Origin: Chloroflexota bacterium
GTDB taxonomy: Bacteria > Chloroflexota > Limnocylindria > Limnocylindrales > Limnocylindraceae
Assembly (NCBI GenBank): GCA_041176225.1
Contig: JBEDDM010000003.1
Span: 1 to 42,912, forward strand
Direction: 5' to 3'
DNA length: 42,912 bases
In this document: positions 1 to 10,143 of the stretch, piece after piece
Position numbering within the stretch: position 1 is the stretch's first letter
Layout: each line of letters opens with the position of its first letter
The notes under the pieces: model-generated
Told to the model about the DNA's origin: nothing
What the model saw: only the letters and a program-made list of their open reading frames with translations
Databases searched by the model: none
Program-made: the position numbers and the translations under genes

Positions 1-1
1 C

Positions 2-1627
2 GTCATTGACCGCGTCGGCAACGAACTCCAGTCACAAGAGTTTGCGTCGCTGCAGGTGCGCCGGATGGCAGTCTCAAGTGCAGCGCGGAGTATTGCGATC
101 GCTGCCGCGTCCGATGGGAGCGTGGTGACGCGGGCTGGCACGCTGAATCCACTTGTACAAGAACGCTTCTTGTTGCAGGATCCTGAACTGCAAGGACTCG
201 CCACCGTCATTGCGCGTGCAGATGTGCGCTTGCGCTTCGGTACGTGGGACGAGGCACAGCAGAAGTTCACTCCCCTCGAAGGCTCCAAGTTCACGATTGA
301 CTCGTCTGGCGTTGAGGCGGCTGCGGGTGAGCAGCGTGATTCGATTGAGAGCGGCTCGGAGATTGTTCTCCTTGGTGGGGTGGAAGCGATCGGCGCGGTT
401 GAGGTGACGCTGGAGCAGCCACTCTCGACGCGCGCGACGCGCATTGCACAAGTCACCGGCGCAATCACGCTCGTCGGACTTCTTGCACTCGGTGCAACGA
501 TCCTCTTTGCCACACTTGCCGCGCGCCGATTTGCAAAGCCAGTACGATTATTGTCGGAGACGGCGAGTGCGATCGGTGATGGTGATCTCTCCGCGCGCGT
601 CCCTACTGGGCCAGAGGTTGCCGCCAACATTGAGATGGAGGCCCTGCTTGAAGGGTTCAATCGCATGGCGAGCCGCCTTGAAACCACCGTGGGCGCGCTG
701 AAGCGTGAGCGGGATCGCGGTCAAGAGCATCTCGCCGATGTCTCGCATGAGTTGCGAACACCGCTGGCGGCGCTTCGCGCATTTGTTGATCTTCTTGATG
801 AGGACGGGACCACGGATCCGGCAACGCGAAAGCGCCTGTTGAGTGAAGCGGGGCGCCAACTAGAGCGCATGGATGCACTCACCGCCAACATCCTTGAGCT
901 CTCACGGTTTGATGCAGGGATTGCGCGACCAGAGTTTACGGAGACCGACCTTCGTTCGAGTGTCAGTGCCGCGATTGAACAGGCGGCGGCGGGGGCGCGT
1001 CGTCGTGGCGTTGCGCTCGATGAACGACTCCCGGCACGGCGCGTGGTGGTTCGACATGACGTGACCCTTGTGAGCCAGGCGGTTGCAAACCTTGTTGGGA
1101 ACGCGCTGAAGTTCACACCAAAGGGTGGAAGTGTCTCCGTTGCGGTGCGCCCGCTCGCGACGGGCGCCGCAACGATCACCGTAAGTGATACTGGTGTTGG
1201 CATTGCGGCGGAAGAGTTGCCTCGCATCTTTGATCGCTTCTACCGAGGCACGGAGGGACTCGCCGCATCACGGAAGGAGACGCGCGCCTCTGGTTCAGGC
1301 CTCGGACTCGCAATCGTGAAGTCAATCGTTGACATGCACGCCGGTCGCATTGTCGTTGAGAGTCTCCCTGGGAGCGGGACCAGCTTCACCCTGACGCTCC
1401 CTGCCGACCCACTCGCGGACGCGGATAGCGCGGTGGAGCCAACTACCGCCACACAGCCCGCCGCAACCCTGATCAGCGTTGGCCGTCGTGCAGCAGCGCT
1501 CCTCGGCGAGGTTGCGAAAACTTCACTTCGTCTGCGTCGTGTTCTTCGCGCGGATACGACATCCTCTACGCTGAGTGAGCCGCCTGCGCCTGATCGCGCA
1601 CTGCCAACGACGAAGGAGAAGACGTGA
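2..1627 (+). CDS. Two-component sensor histidine kinase (TM-HAMP-HisKA-HATPase), 5'-partial
   Basis: Frame is open from the window start. H-box DVSHELRTPL, N-box NLVGNALKF, G1 DTGVGI, F-box IFDRFYR, G2 GSGLGLAI; TM segment followed by HAMP. Confidence 0.95.
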   Translation, partial: VIDRVGNELQSQEFASLQVRRMAVSSAARSIAIAAASDGSVVTRAGTLNPLVQERFLLQDPELQGLATVIARADVRLRFGTWDEAQQKFTPLEGSKFTIDSSGVEAAAGEQRDSIESGSEIVLLGGVEAIGAVEVTLEQPLSTRATRIAQVTGAITLVGLLALGATILFATLAARRFAKPVRLLSETASAIGDGDLSARVPTGPEVAANIEMEALLEGFNRMASRLETTVGALKRERDRGQEHLADVSHELRTPLAALRAFVDLLDEDGTTDPATRKRLLSEAGRQLERMDALTANILELSRFDAGIARPEFTETDLRSSVSAAIEQAAAGARRRGVALDERLPARRVVVRHDVTLVSQAVANLVGNALKFTPKGGSVSVAVRPLATGAATITVSDTGVGIAAEELPRIFDRFYRGTEGLAASRKETRASGSGLGLAIVKSIVDMHAGRIVVESLPGSGTSFTLTLPADPLADADSAVEPTTATQPAATLISVGRRAAALLGEVAKTSLRLRRVLRADTTSSTLSEPPAPDRALPTTKEKT

Positions 1628-2850
1628 GCGAAACCCGAAAGCCAATCTCTCGACGCAGCGCGCGCCCGATCCGTTTTGAGCCAGAGCGCTCCGAATGGCA
1701 GCCGTGGCTTGAGAACTTGGATGACGGTGTCCCAAAGTCGAGCGCAGTGAGTGACGCGCAAGAACCATCTGCGACAGAACCGCGAACGGGCCTGACTGGG
1801 CGCGCAACCGCCGGCCTCCTGGCCCTCTCCATCATCTTTGGGGCGGCGGGCGGCGCTGGCGCAACCTACTTCGTCCTCGGTGGAGTCCAGGGAAGCGGCG
1901 ACATCGTGACGCAGATCCGCCAGACGCTCACCTCTGAGCAGTCAGCAATCGTCAACGTTGCGGAGCGCGTCTCCCCCGCCATCGTCACGCTTGAGGTCAC
2001 AACGGCAGGGAGCGATAGTGTTGGCTCAGGGGTGATTTACTCCGCAGATGGGTGGATCGTCACCAATCGCCACGTGGTTGAGGACGCAACCAGCATCACC
2101 GTCAACCTCAAAGATGGTCGTGACTTTGTTGGCACCATCTATGGCATTGACACGCTAACGGACCTTGCCATCGTGAAGGTGGAAGCCACCGATCTCTCCG
2201 CTGCAACGCTCGGACGTTCGCGAGATATCCAGGTAGGACAGACCGCAATCGCCATGGGCTCGCCCCTTGGCGTCTACACCAACTCTGTCACTGCAGGAAT
2301 CATCTCCGCGCTTGGACGACAGATCACCACTGAATCTGGCCGACTTGACGGACTCCTGCAGACGGATGCCGCAATCAACCCTGGAAATTCTGGTGGCGCA
2401 CTCGTCGACTCCAGTGGCGCAGTGATTGGCATCAATACGGCGATCTCCAATGAAGGCGCAGGGATCGGTTTTGCAATCCCTATTGATATCGCTCGGCCGA
2501 TCATGGAGCAGGCGCTCGCCGGCGTACCGCTCTCACGTCCATGGATTGGAATTCGCTACACCTCGCTTGATCGCCGCTCAGCGGCGCAGAACAACCTGCC
2601 GGTCTTCCAGGGGGCGTGGCTCTCACCGGGAGCTGAGCCTGCGGTCGTCCCTGGCAGCCCTGCCGAAGCGGCCGGATTTACAGATGGTGACATTGTCGTG
2701 AAGGTGGAGGGGGTGGCGATTGATGAGCTGCACCCGTTGCAAGATCTCCTGGTGCAGTACTCGCCTGGTGCCACGATCGTCCTTGAGGTGTTGCGCGGCG
2801 AGAGCGTCATCCAGCTCTCCGTCACCCTAGGAACCCGACCGAACCAGTAG
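1624..2850 (+). CDS. htrA: HtrA/DegP-like membrane serine protease with one PDZ domain
   Basis: Catalytic triad motifs TNRHVV, TDLA, GNSGG; N-terminal TM; C-terminal PDZ; GTGA overlap with the kinase stop; SD AAGGAG. Confidence 0.93.
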   Translation: MSETRKPISRRSARPIRFEPERSEWQPWLENLDDGVPKSSAVSDAQEPSATEPRTGLTGRATAGLLALSIIFGAAGGAGATYFVLGGVQGSGDIVTQIRQTLTSEQSAIVNVAERVSPAIVTLEVTTAGSDSVGSGVIYSADGWIVTNRHVVEDATSITVNLKDGRDFVGTIYGIDTLTDLAIVKVEATDLSAATLGRSRDIQVGQTAIAMGSPLGVYTNSVTAGIISALGRQITTESGRLDGLLQTDAAINPGNSGGALVDSSGAVIGINTAISNEGAGIGFAIPIDIARPIMEQALAGVPLSRPWIGIRYTSLDRRSAAQNNLPVFQGAWLSPGAEPAVVPGSPAEAAGFTDGDIVVKVEGVAIDELHPLQDLLVQYSPGATIVLEVLRGESVIQLSVTLGTRPNQ

Positions 2851-2859
2851 GCGCAACGC

Positions 2860-4329
2860 CTAGCCGTCGAGGCTCCCATCGTTCGTAATTCGCCCTTCGC
2901 GCATGAGGCGCTCACGAACGGTACCGACGAGATAGAGAGAACCGGCAACAACCACTGCACCGCGCGCCTTGGCCGCGCTGTCGAGTGCCTCCACCGGATT
3001 CGCTGCGCCACTGATCTTTGCACCGAGTCCCGCCGCTCGCGCAGCGGCGGTGAGGTCATCAACTGACGCGGAGCGCGCGTCACCAACACTGGTGCAGATC
3101 ACGGTCGCTTCTTTGAGAGCCGGTACCTGTGCGAGCGCACGGAAGATCTCAGGGATCGACTTATCTGACATTGCGGCGATCACAAGCGTCAAGGGCGTCA
3201 CCCCCGCCACTCCATCTGCGCCCTGCAGGAGCGGTGCAAGGTCTCGGATTCCGGATGCGAGTGACGCGGCACCATCTTCATTGTGCGCGCCGTCCAAGAG
3301 GAGATCGCGCGAATCTGGCGCTCCAAACGGTTGACGAATCAGCTCCATGCGTCCTGGCCACTGCACCGCGGCAAACCCTTCTCGAATCGCCGCATCGCTC
3401 ACTGTGACCACTCCCGCGTCGCGCATCGCGTCCAGTGTTGCAAGCGCAACCGCTGCGTTGTCTCCCTGGTGTTGACCGAGGAGTCCAACCTGCACTAGTC
3501 CGAGGCGCGGGAGTTCCACCTCAATCCCGTCGCGACCGCGCGGGCGAACCGCACCGCGCACCGCCTCGGTGAGTACCGCTCCAACGTCGCGTGCTCGCTC
3601 GCGGATCACGCGCAGCGCACCGCCGCGTTCGCTCGCTCCGGTGACCGCGCGATCGCCTGGCATGATGATCGCCGCCTTCTCTTTAGCGATCAACTCGATT
3701 GTGTCGCCGAGATACTCTTGATGATCGAGTCCAACATTCGTCACCACCGCCACCCCGCCGTCCCAGGCGTGCATGGCGTCTAAGCGGCCGCCGAGTCCAA
3801 CCTCAACCACCGCCCGGTCAATGCCAGCAGTACGAAACCCATCAAAGACGACCCCCGCAAGCAGTTCAAACTCTGTCACCGGACCGACGGCGCTCTCCAC
3901 CTGATCAGCGGCGCTCAGCGCGCGTTCCACTGCAACCGCAAACGGGAGAGGGGTGAGCGGCTCACCGTTGATCCGAATGCGTTCGCGGTATGAGATGAGG
4001 TGCGGCTTCGGCGTGCTGCCGTGCCGCACGCCCCCTGCGCTGAGTGCGGCAGAGACAAGGGCGCTGACGCTCCCCTTCCCATTTGTCCCAGCGATGAGCG
4101 CGCCACGCACCCCGCGCTCAGGGTGTCCGAGGGCCTCAAGGAGCGCAACGGAGCGCTCGAGCCCGAGTCGGACGCCGAAGCGGCCACGCGCACCGATTGC
4201 AATCTGTGCCGCCGCCCACGCCTCAGGGCCGCGACCCTCTGCGATGGCGGTGCGCATGCGCTCGCGTGCCGATTCAACCTCGCGCCGCAGCGCATCAACT
4301 ACGGCGGGTTCGGACGGAAACTCTGGCAT
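2860..4329 (-). CDS. folC: Folylpolyglutamate/dihydrofolate synthase
   Basis: IAGTNGKGS P-loop, YRERIRING, TEFE, EVGLGGRLD, WPGRME, LDGAHN, GSLYLVG. Start trimmed to ATG 4329 (TACGCT 6 nt upstream). Confidence 0.93.
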   Translation of the reverse strand: MPEFPSEPAVVDALRREVESARERMRTAIAEGRGPEAWAAAQIAIGARGRFGVRLGLERSVALLEALGHPERGVRGALIAGTNGKGSVSALVSAALSAGGVRHGSTPKPHLISYRERIRINGEPLTPLPFAVAVERALSAADQVESAVGPVTEFELLAGVVFDGFRTAGIDRAVVEVGLGGRLDAMHAWDGGVAVVTNVGLDHQEYLGDTIELIAKEKAAIIMPGDRAVTGASERGGALRVIRERARDVGAVLTEAVRGAVRPRGRDGIEVELPRLGLVQVGLLGQHQGDNAAVALATLDAMRDAGVVTVSDAAIREGFAAVQWPGRMELIRQPFGAPDSRDLLLDGAHNEDGAASLASGIRDLAPLLQGADGVAGVTPLTLVIAAMSDKSIPEIFRALAQVPALKEATVICTSVGDARSASVDDLTAAARAAGLGAKISGAANPVEALDSAAKARGAVVVAGSLYLVGTVRERLMREGRITNDGSLDG

Positions 4330-4376
4330 CTGCTGAGCGTAGCGGTGAATCTGCTCTGCGTGCCACAATCAGGGAC

Positions 4377-5603
4377 ATGGCAGGGTTCAATCGACCCGGA
4401 TCGCAACCGCCACAGCGCCGCGGTCTCTTCGGCAACCGCAGTGACAGTCGCGGCGGAGCTCGCCAACCAATCCGACGTGTTGATTCAGCGGCGCCAACGC
4501 GCGCCGCAGTCTCCTACACATCACAACGCGCACCCCAGCGAGGTGGTGGCTCGTTTGGCCGCGCGATCACCACGTTGATCACGCGACTCGTAGGGCTCGG
4601 AGCAGTTGTGATTTTGATTGTCGCGGCGGTCCTTGGCGCGCGCCTGGTGATCTCGCTCGGCGAACCCACACAGAGTGCCCTCCCAAGCGACGCGGTCCCG
4701 TCCGCCTCCGCGGGCCAGCCACTAATCGTTGCACCAGACCCAGCAACCGTTGCAACAGCCACCATCACCGTGAGGGGCTCTCTCCCGGATGACCTTCTTG
4801 AGTTGAGTAACGCCATTCTGCGCATCAATGTCGTTGGCGCGGATGGATCACAACGCGTTGGCGCAGAGATTGAACTGCCGCGCACGCCCGGGTTTGAGGT
4901 AAACAGCATCCCCCTGACTGAAGGCACGAACACGATCACCGCCGTAGTAGTTGTTGACGGAGAAGAGAAGACGCCGAGTGCTGGAATCATCGTCACGCGT
5001 GACAACACTGCGCCACTCGTCGAGATCACGTCGCCCACACCTGGTCAGCTGGTAAGTGGGGCAGAGGTGACGGTGCGTGGTACGAGTGAGGCGGGTGTGG
5101 AGATTCAGTTAAGAAATGACACGTCTGGACTTACCGCTTCTGGCACGTCAAACAACAACGGCAACTATTCGGTGAATATCTCACTCCGTGATGGAGTGAA
5201 TCTCCTCACCGTGGTGGCTACCGACGCCGTGGGGAATAGTTCGCGCACGAGTGTGGAGATCACCACCAACGCCTCGGTTGGCCGAGTGATTGTGGTCGCA
5301 AATCCTGCAACGATCTTCTTGAACAAGTCGCCGAAGGCGTTCCGCATTACCGCAACCGCAACCGATTCCACCGGTGCGACTGTTTCGGGAGCCACGGTCT
5401 GCATGATGATCACCGCGCCTGGTCTCGCGCCGATCTCGCTCCCCTGCACAACATCAGATTCAAACGGTCGCGCGATCGGTGAGTACACGTTCCCGGAGAA
5501 TTACGACACGGAGGGGCGAGGACTGATCCTTGTGACCTACACCCTTGCGCAGGGTGATCCACTTGAAGCGACCACGCCGATTACCGTGAAGAAGAAGCCA
5601 TAG
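4377..5603 (+). CDS. Membrane-anchored protein with tandem bacterial Ig-like domains
   Basis: Basic N-terminal tail, one TM helix, repeated beta-rich modules (LTEGTNTITA; LRDGVNLLTVVATDAVGN; DNTAPLVEITSP). Start at ATG 4377 after TGcCACAAT. Confidence 0.75.
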   Translation: MAGFNRPGSQPPQRRGLFGNRSDSRGGARQPIRRVDSAAPTRAAVSYTSQRAPQRGGGSFGRAITTLITRLVGLGAVVILIVAAVLGARLVISLGEPTQSALPSDAVPSASAGQPLIVAPDPATVATATITVRGSLPDDLLELSNAILRINVVGADGSQRVGAEIELPRTPGFEVNSIPLTEGTNTITAVVVVDGEEKTPSAGIIVTRDNTAPLVEITSPTPGQLVSGAEVTVRGTSEAGVEIQLRNDTSGLTASGTSNNNGNYSVNISLRDGVNLLTVVATDAVGNSSRTSVEITTNASVGRVIVVANPATIFLNKSPKAFRITATATDSTGATVSGATVCMMITAPGLAPISLPCTTSDSNGRAIGEYTFPENYDTEGRGLILVTYTLAQGDPLEATTPITVKKKP

Positions 5604-5926
5604 TGGACGGTGCACACCTCGCGTGGCAGTGCCCGTCATGCGGCGCGCTGCAAGAGGAGACGGGTCGGTGCTGGGTCTGCCAAGCGCCAACTACCGCGTG
5701 TGGAACCTGTCGACATCTTCGGCGCGCCGTCGTGGGAAAGATTAGCTACTGCGGCATCGACAAGAAGAAGAAGTTGATCGCAGAGAGTGATGTACGACCA
5801 TGCTGGACGGCCCCTGTGGAGCTGCAACGCGCCGCAAGTCATGGACGTCGCGTTGACGGTGCAGACGTGCGCCTTCCGCGACTCAGTTGGGCGAGTGGCG
5901 GACTCTGGGAAGGACTTGAGGCGTAA
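5603..5926 (+). CDS. Small Cys-rich (Zn-ribbon-like) hypothetical protein
   Basis: CPSC, CWVC, CGTC-H plus two further Cys; GTG start overlaps the upstream TAG. Confidence 0.65.
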   Translation: MDGAHLAWQCPSCGALQEETGRCWVCQAPTTACGTCRHLRRAVVGKISYCGIDKKKKLIAESDVRPCWTAPVELQRAASHGRRVDGADVRLPRLSWASGGLWEGLEA

Positions 5927-5928
5927 CT

Positions 5929-7707
5929 CTACGGACAGCCGGCGAGTGGCGTACCGAACGGGCTCGTAGAAACGATCGTCACGACACTTCCGCTCGGGAC
6001 CAAGACTCCCGCCGCTGGTGAAATCACATCAACAATCTCCGTTGCGTCGAGCGCTGCTGACGCTGGGTCAAGCGTGAGTCCCACCGCCTCCAGCATGAGC
6101 GACGCCTCACCGACTGCGGCGCAGCGCAACACGGGCACCGCGGTATCTGCAACGCCGGACGGGGAGGCGCTCGCACCCGGCGATGGCTCAGGCCCGAGTG
6201 AAACCACAAGATCAACGCGACTCCCATTCGCCACCTGAAGCCCCGCTCGCGGGTTCTGCTGCAGCACGCTCCCGAGCGGAGCATCCGGAGACCAGGCGGA
6301 GATCACCTGACCGAGCCGCAAGTTGGCGGTGCGGAGGCGCATGGTCGCCTCCTCCTCCGTGGTGCCGAGCAGATCGGGGACGACCGCAAGTCCGCTCCCC
6401 GCCACCACGCGCACCTCGATCACGCTATTGAGCGGAACGAGCGTTGACGGGTCTGGTGACTGCGAGAGGATGGTGTCAACAGGGAGTGACTCAGAGGTGA
6501 CGCGTTCGCTCACCTTGATGCGAAGCCCGAGCTGTTCAGCAATTGGGATCGCCTCTGCGAGCGTGAGTGACGTAATTGGCGGCACCTTAACGTTGTCGTC
6601 TGGCCCAGCGCCCGCGTTGATGAGGCGCAACCCGAAGATCACCGCGGCGAGCAGTACAAGGACCGTCACCGCAACGCCAGCGATCGTTAGCATCGTGGTG
6701 CGCAGCGGCATCGCCTCTTCATCGTCATACCGAGCACTCTCATCAAATGGATCGGCTGGCATCTCTGGCTCCCCGGGTCCCGCCTCCCCTGCCACACGCG
6801 CAACGCGCGTCCCAGCGAGTGCGCGCGGCGCACCCGCCGCAGGGCCAACCGCTCGCGGCGGAATTGATGTTCGCCCGACTTTGACCACATATGACTCGAG
6901 TGCATCTGCAACAAGCGTGGCGCTCTGTGTTCGTTTTGTCGGATTAGCAGCGAGCAGTTGCATCGTGAGTGACTCAAGCTCCGCGGGGATATCTGGTCGC
7001 AGCGTGCGTGGTGACGGGACAGCATCATCTGCGCCGCGCAGCGCCGGTCGTCGCCCTGTGAGCAGTTCAAAGAGGACAACGCCGAGCCCGAAGAGATCTG
7101 ATGACGACGTGGCGGGCGCACCAGCGGCAACCTCAGGCGCAACGTAGTGCGCAGTTCCTGGGGGCGCCGCAGAGCCCTTTGTTCCAGTAGGAAGACCATC
7201 TTCAAGGATGGCGTGTGCAATTCCGAAGTCTGCGATCTGCGCGCGTCCTTCGCGTCCAATCAGAATGTTCCGAGATGAAACGTCGCGATGAATGATCCCG
7301 CGCTGATGCGCCGCTGCTAAGCCGCGAGCAACCTGTGCCGCGATTGCGGCGGCGCGTCGGGGAACGAGTGGCCCAACGCGTCGCAGCATCGAGGCGAGAT
7401 CTTCCCCGTCAACGAATTCCATAATGATTGCTGGCGCATCGCCCTCGGGGGTGACGTCAAACACGGCGGCAACGTTTGGGTGCGCAATGATTGCTGCGGC
7501 GCGACCCTCGGCGCGGAATCGCGCGGTCGCGTCAGGAGATGCGGCAAGTGCGCCACGGAGCACCTTCACCGCCACATCTCGACCGAGCACTTCGTCAGTT
7601 GCGCGGAAGACAGAAGCGGCAGCGCCTTCGCCAATCTGTTCTCGCAGCCGATACCTTCCTGCAACGAGATCGCCGGGCTTGAGGCGCACCTCGGACGAAC
7701 CGCTCAC
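5929..7707 (-). CDS. pknB: Hanks-type Ser/Thr kinase with TM and about 3 PASTA domains (PknB-like)
   Basis: VAVKVL, HPNV, HRD, DFGIA, GTAHYVAPE, SDLFGLG; TM; PASTA-like repeats (VPPITSLT, VPDLLGTT, VPVLRCAA). Confidence 0.9.
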   Translation of the reverse strand: MSGSSEVRLKPGDLVAGRYRLREQIGEGAAASVFRATDEVLGRDVAVKVLRGALAASPDATARFRAEGRAAAIIAHPNVAAVFDVTPEGDAPAIIMEFVDGEDLASMLRRVGPLVPRRAAAIAAQVARGLAAAHQRGIIHRDVSSRNILIGREGRAQIADFGIAHAILEDGLPTGTKGSAAPPGTAHYVAPEVAAGAPATSSSDLFGLGVVLFELLTGRRPALRGADDAVPSPRTLRPDIPAELESLTMQLLAANPTKRTQSATLVADALESYVVKVGRTSIPPRAVGPAAGAPRALAGTRVARVAGEAGPGEPEMPADPFDESARYDDEEAMPLRTTMLTIAGVAVTVLVLLAAVIFGLRLINAGAGPDDNVKVPPITSLTLAEAIPIAEQLGLRIKVSERVTSESLPVDTILSQSPDPSTLVPLNSVIEVRVVAGSGLAVVPDLLGTTEEEATMRLRTANLRLGQVISAWSPDAPLGSVLQQNPRAGLQVANGSRVDLVVSLGPEPSPGASASPSGVADTAVPVLRCAAVGEASLMLEAVGLTLDPASAALDATEIVDVISPAAGVLVPSGSVVTIVSTSPFGTPLAGCP

Positions 7708-8594
7708 CTCTCCCCGTCCCGAATGCGCGTTGCGAGCGCTGCGCGCAAGCTTGTGCCGTAGGTTGGGTGCTCAAGCGCAAGATCAAGATTTGCGCGCAGC
7801 CATCCCTCTGGAGCGCCGACGTCGTATCGGATGCCACTGAACTTGTAGCCGACTACCGGCTGGTCTGCTGCGAGCGCCTGGATGGCGTCGGTGAGTTGAA
7901 TCTCTCCGCCCGCGCCGTGCTGCGTTCGCTCAAGTGTCTCGAAGATCTTTGGGCTCAGCACGTAGCGGCCCACGATCGCCAAGTTGGATGGGGCATCTGC
8001 AGGTTCGGGCTTCTCAACAAGGCCGCGGAGCGGAATTGTTCGACCACCATCAGATGAGGGGAGCGTAGGGTCAGGCTCCACGATTCCATAGCGACGGGTC
8101 TGGTCCGCCGCCACTTCCATCAGCGCAACCACGGAGGCGCTGCTCGCCTCAAAGGCCTTGATCAGTTCGCCGAGCGCCGGTTCCCCGCCAATGATCAGAT
8201 CGTCTGGAAGGACAACGGCGAACGGCTCTCGCCCTACGGCGTCGCGCGCCATCAGCACCGCATGCCCGAGTCCGAGCTGCTCTTTCTGACGAACCGTCAC
8301 AAGGTGCACCATGTCGGCCACGGCACGAACCGCGCGTAAGTGTTCTATGTCTCCGCGGGCCTCAAGGATCGCCTCAAGATCGGTCGCGCTGTCAAAGTGA
8401 TCTTCAATCGAGCGCTTATGTTCGCTCGTGACAAGGATCACCCGCTCAATCCCAGAGGCGATCGCCTCCTCAATGGCGTACTGAATGACGGGACGGTCTA
8501 CAACGGGGAGGAGCTCTTTCGGCACCGCCTTGGTTGCGGGCAGGAATCGAGTTCCCCATCCGGCGACGGGAAAGACTGCGGTGCGAATCTTCAT
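7704..8594 (-). CDS. galU: UTP--glucose-1-phosphate uridylyltransferase
   Basis: AVFPVAGWGTRFLPATKAVPKELLP, QLGLGHAV, VEKP, GEIQLTDA; SD GGAGG. Confidence 0.96.
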   Translation of the reverse strand: MKIRTAVFPVAGWGTRFLPATKAVPKELLPVVDRPVIQYAIEEAIASGIERVILVTSEHKRSIEDHFDSATDLEAILEARGDIEHLRAVRAVADMVHLVTVRQKEQLGLGHAVLMARDAVGREPFAVVLPDDLIIGGEPALGELIKAFEASSASVVALMEVAADQTRRYGIVEPDPTLPSSDGGRTIPLRGLVEKPEPADAPSNLAIVGRYVLSPKIFETLERTQHGAGGEIQLTDAIQALAADQPVVGYKFSGIRYDVGAPEGWLRANLDLALEHPTYGTSLRAALATRIRDGER

Positions 8595-8649
8595 GAACTC
8601 CTCCGTGCGGCGCTACTCAAGAGGATAGCAGCCGTCCGTTGGTGCGCTC

Positions 8650-9678
8650 TCACCCGCGAACCCAACGTAGGGCGGCACGGAGCGGTGCGCCGACGAGCGG
8701 GAGGCTGATCTCGCTCGGCTCGTCAACGCTTACGAGGAAGCCGATGAGGAGGAGCCCCGCGCCGAGCAGCTTGCCGAGCGCATAGGCCTCAGTGGATCCC
8801 CCTCGATTGAGTGTGTCGGTGAGGCTTGGGAGAAACGCGCCCAGCGCAATGAGGAGCGTTGCGGGGACGCGCCGGTTCAACGTCCCTTCGCGCCACGCGC
8901 GAACTGCAAGTGGGAGGCTGCGGAAGAAGTTCACGATGATCGCAACGGGGGCGATCGCCAGATTGAAAAGGAGTTCGTCGCCGCGCTGGTTCGGATCACT
9001 TGAGTACGGCAGCGTTCTCCTCTTTGGCATAAACACATATGCGGAGAAGAGTGCGCCAGTGAGTAGTGCGAGTGCTCCACTCACATTCAAGAGCGGCGTC
9101 AACAGTCGAAGTGATGGCGGGAGTAGCACGGCAACGGGCGCCCCTGTGGTGGGATCAACCGCCCACCCTGGCGCGGGGAGTGTTGCGGTTGCAACAAGCG
9201 GAAGTGCGAGCGCACTCACTGCAACCATGAATCCAATTGCGATGCGACTCCAACGCGGACTCGCAAGATACGAGAGCCATGCGATCGCAACGGCTGTTCC
9301 CCATGCGCTCAGCGCATACGCAAGTGCAATCGGCCCAGCGCTTGGATCTTCAAGGCGGCGTGCAACGAGAATCGTGAAGAGACCTGCAAGCGCGAGGCAG
9401 AGTGCATACCAGTAGCCGAACCGCGTCTTGGCGAGGAGCAGAATGGTTCCGGCGCCGAGCCAGCCGGCGGTCCAGACCGCACCGGTGAGATACCAGGCTC
9501 GATACAGCGGCTCGCTCCATCCCACGAGTTGCGCAACGAGTTCGGTCCCTGCCGCAACTGCAAAAGCGGTCGCGCCGATCGCCCAGGCGAGCTGATACGG
9601 CGCGCGTCGATTTGCGTACTGATTGAAGAGAAGTGCGGCGAAGAGTGCGGCGAGGATCGTAGTGGCGGCGGCGATCAC
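8650..9678 (-). CDS. Multi-pass membrane protein of unknown function
   Basis: About 9-10 hydrophobic segments; SD GGAGG before the GTG start. Confidence 0.8.
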   Translation of the reverse strand: MIAAATTILAALFAALLFNQYANRRAPYQLAWAIGATAFAVAAGTELVAQLVGWSEPLYRAWYLTGAVWTAGWLGAGTILLLAKTRFGYWYALCLALAGLFTILVARRLEDPSAGPIALAYALSAWGTAVAIAWLSYLASPRWSRIAIGFMVAVSALALPLVATATLPAPGWAVDPTTGAPVAVLLPPSLRLLTPLLNVSGALALLTGALFSAYVFMPKRRTLPYSSDPNQRGDELLFNLAIAPVAIIVNFFRSLPLAVRAWREGTLNRRVPATLLIALGAFLPSLTDTLNRGGSTEAYALGKLLGAGLLLIGFLVSVDEPSEISLPLVGAPLRAALRWVRG

Positions 9679-9690
9679 GCGCCCTCCGGC

Positions 9691-10050
9691 CTACGCCGGA
9701 ATGAACTCGTGCGCGCTCTGATGAAGTCCGTCACAGAGGCCGAGTCCGTTCGCGCCGCCCGGTAGTTGAATGGGTACCGGTCGCATGATCTCGCGCACCT
9801 CACTCTGCTGACAGGTGTACCAGCTGTTTCGGGACATCCAGAGGGTGGGGCACTCAGGCTTCTTGCAGAACTGGAATGGGCCAGGGTTGATGGGAGATGC
9901 CTGCTCAAATGACGGGGCCACCTCGGTGGCGATGATGTCCAGCACGCTGACACGAAAGGGGGTGCCTGTAATCTGTTCGCGACACCCTTCACAGCGAATC
10001 CCACTGTTCTCCGTGATGATCGTCGGAATCTTGATGCCCATGATCTCCAT
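9691..10050 (-). CDS. Small Cys/His-rich putative zinc-binding protein
   Basis: CEGC...FCKKPEC (TRASH/treble-clef-like) plus C...CDGLH...H. Start at ATG 10050 with TACGAT 6 nt upstream. Confidence 0.75.
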   Translation of the reverse strand: MEIMGIKIPTIITENSGIRCEGCREQITGTPFRVSVLDIIATEVAPSFEQASPINPGPFQFCKKPECPTLWMSRNSWYTCQQSEVREIMRPVPIQLPGGANGLGLCDGLHQSAHEFIPA

Positions 10051-10143
10051 GCACGCATCGTAGCCGAGGGGCCGCTTCGTGTCGGCTCGCTCGCGCTCGC
10101 GGCGAGGCTCGCCGTATTCGATGCGGGGGGCTACCCTATGCAG

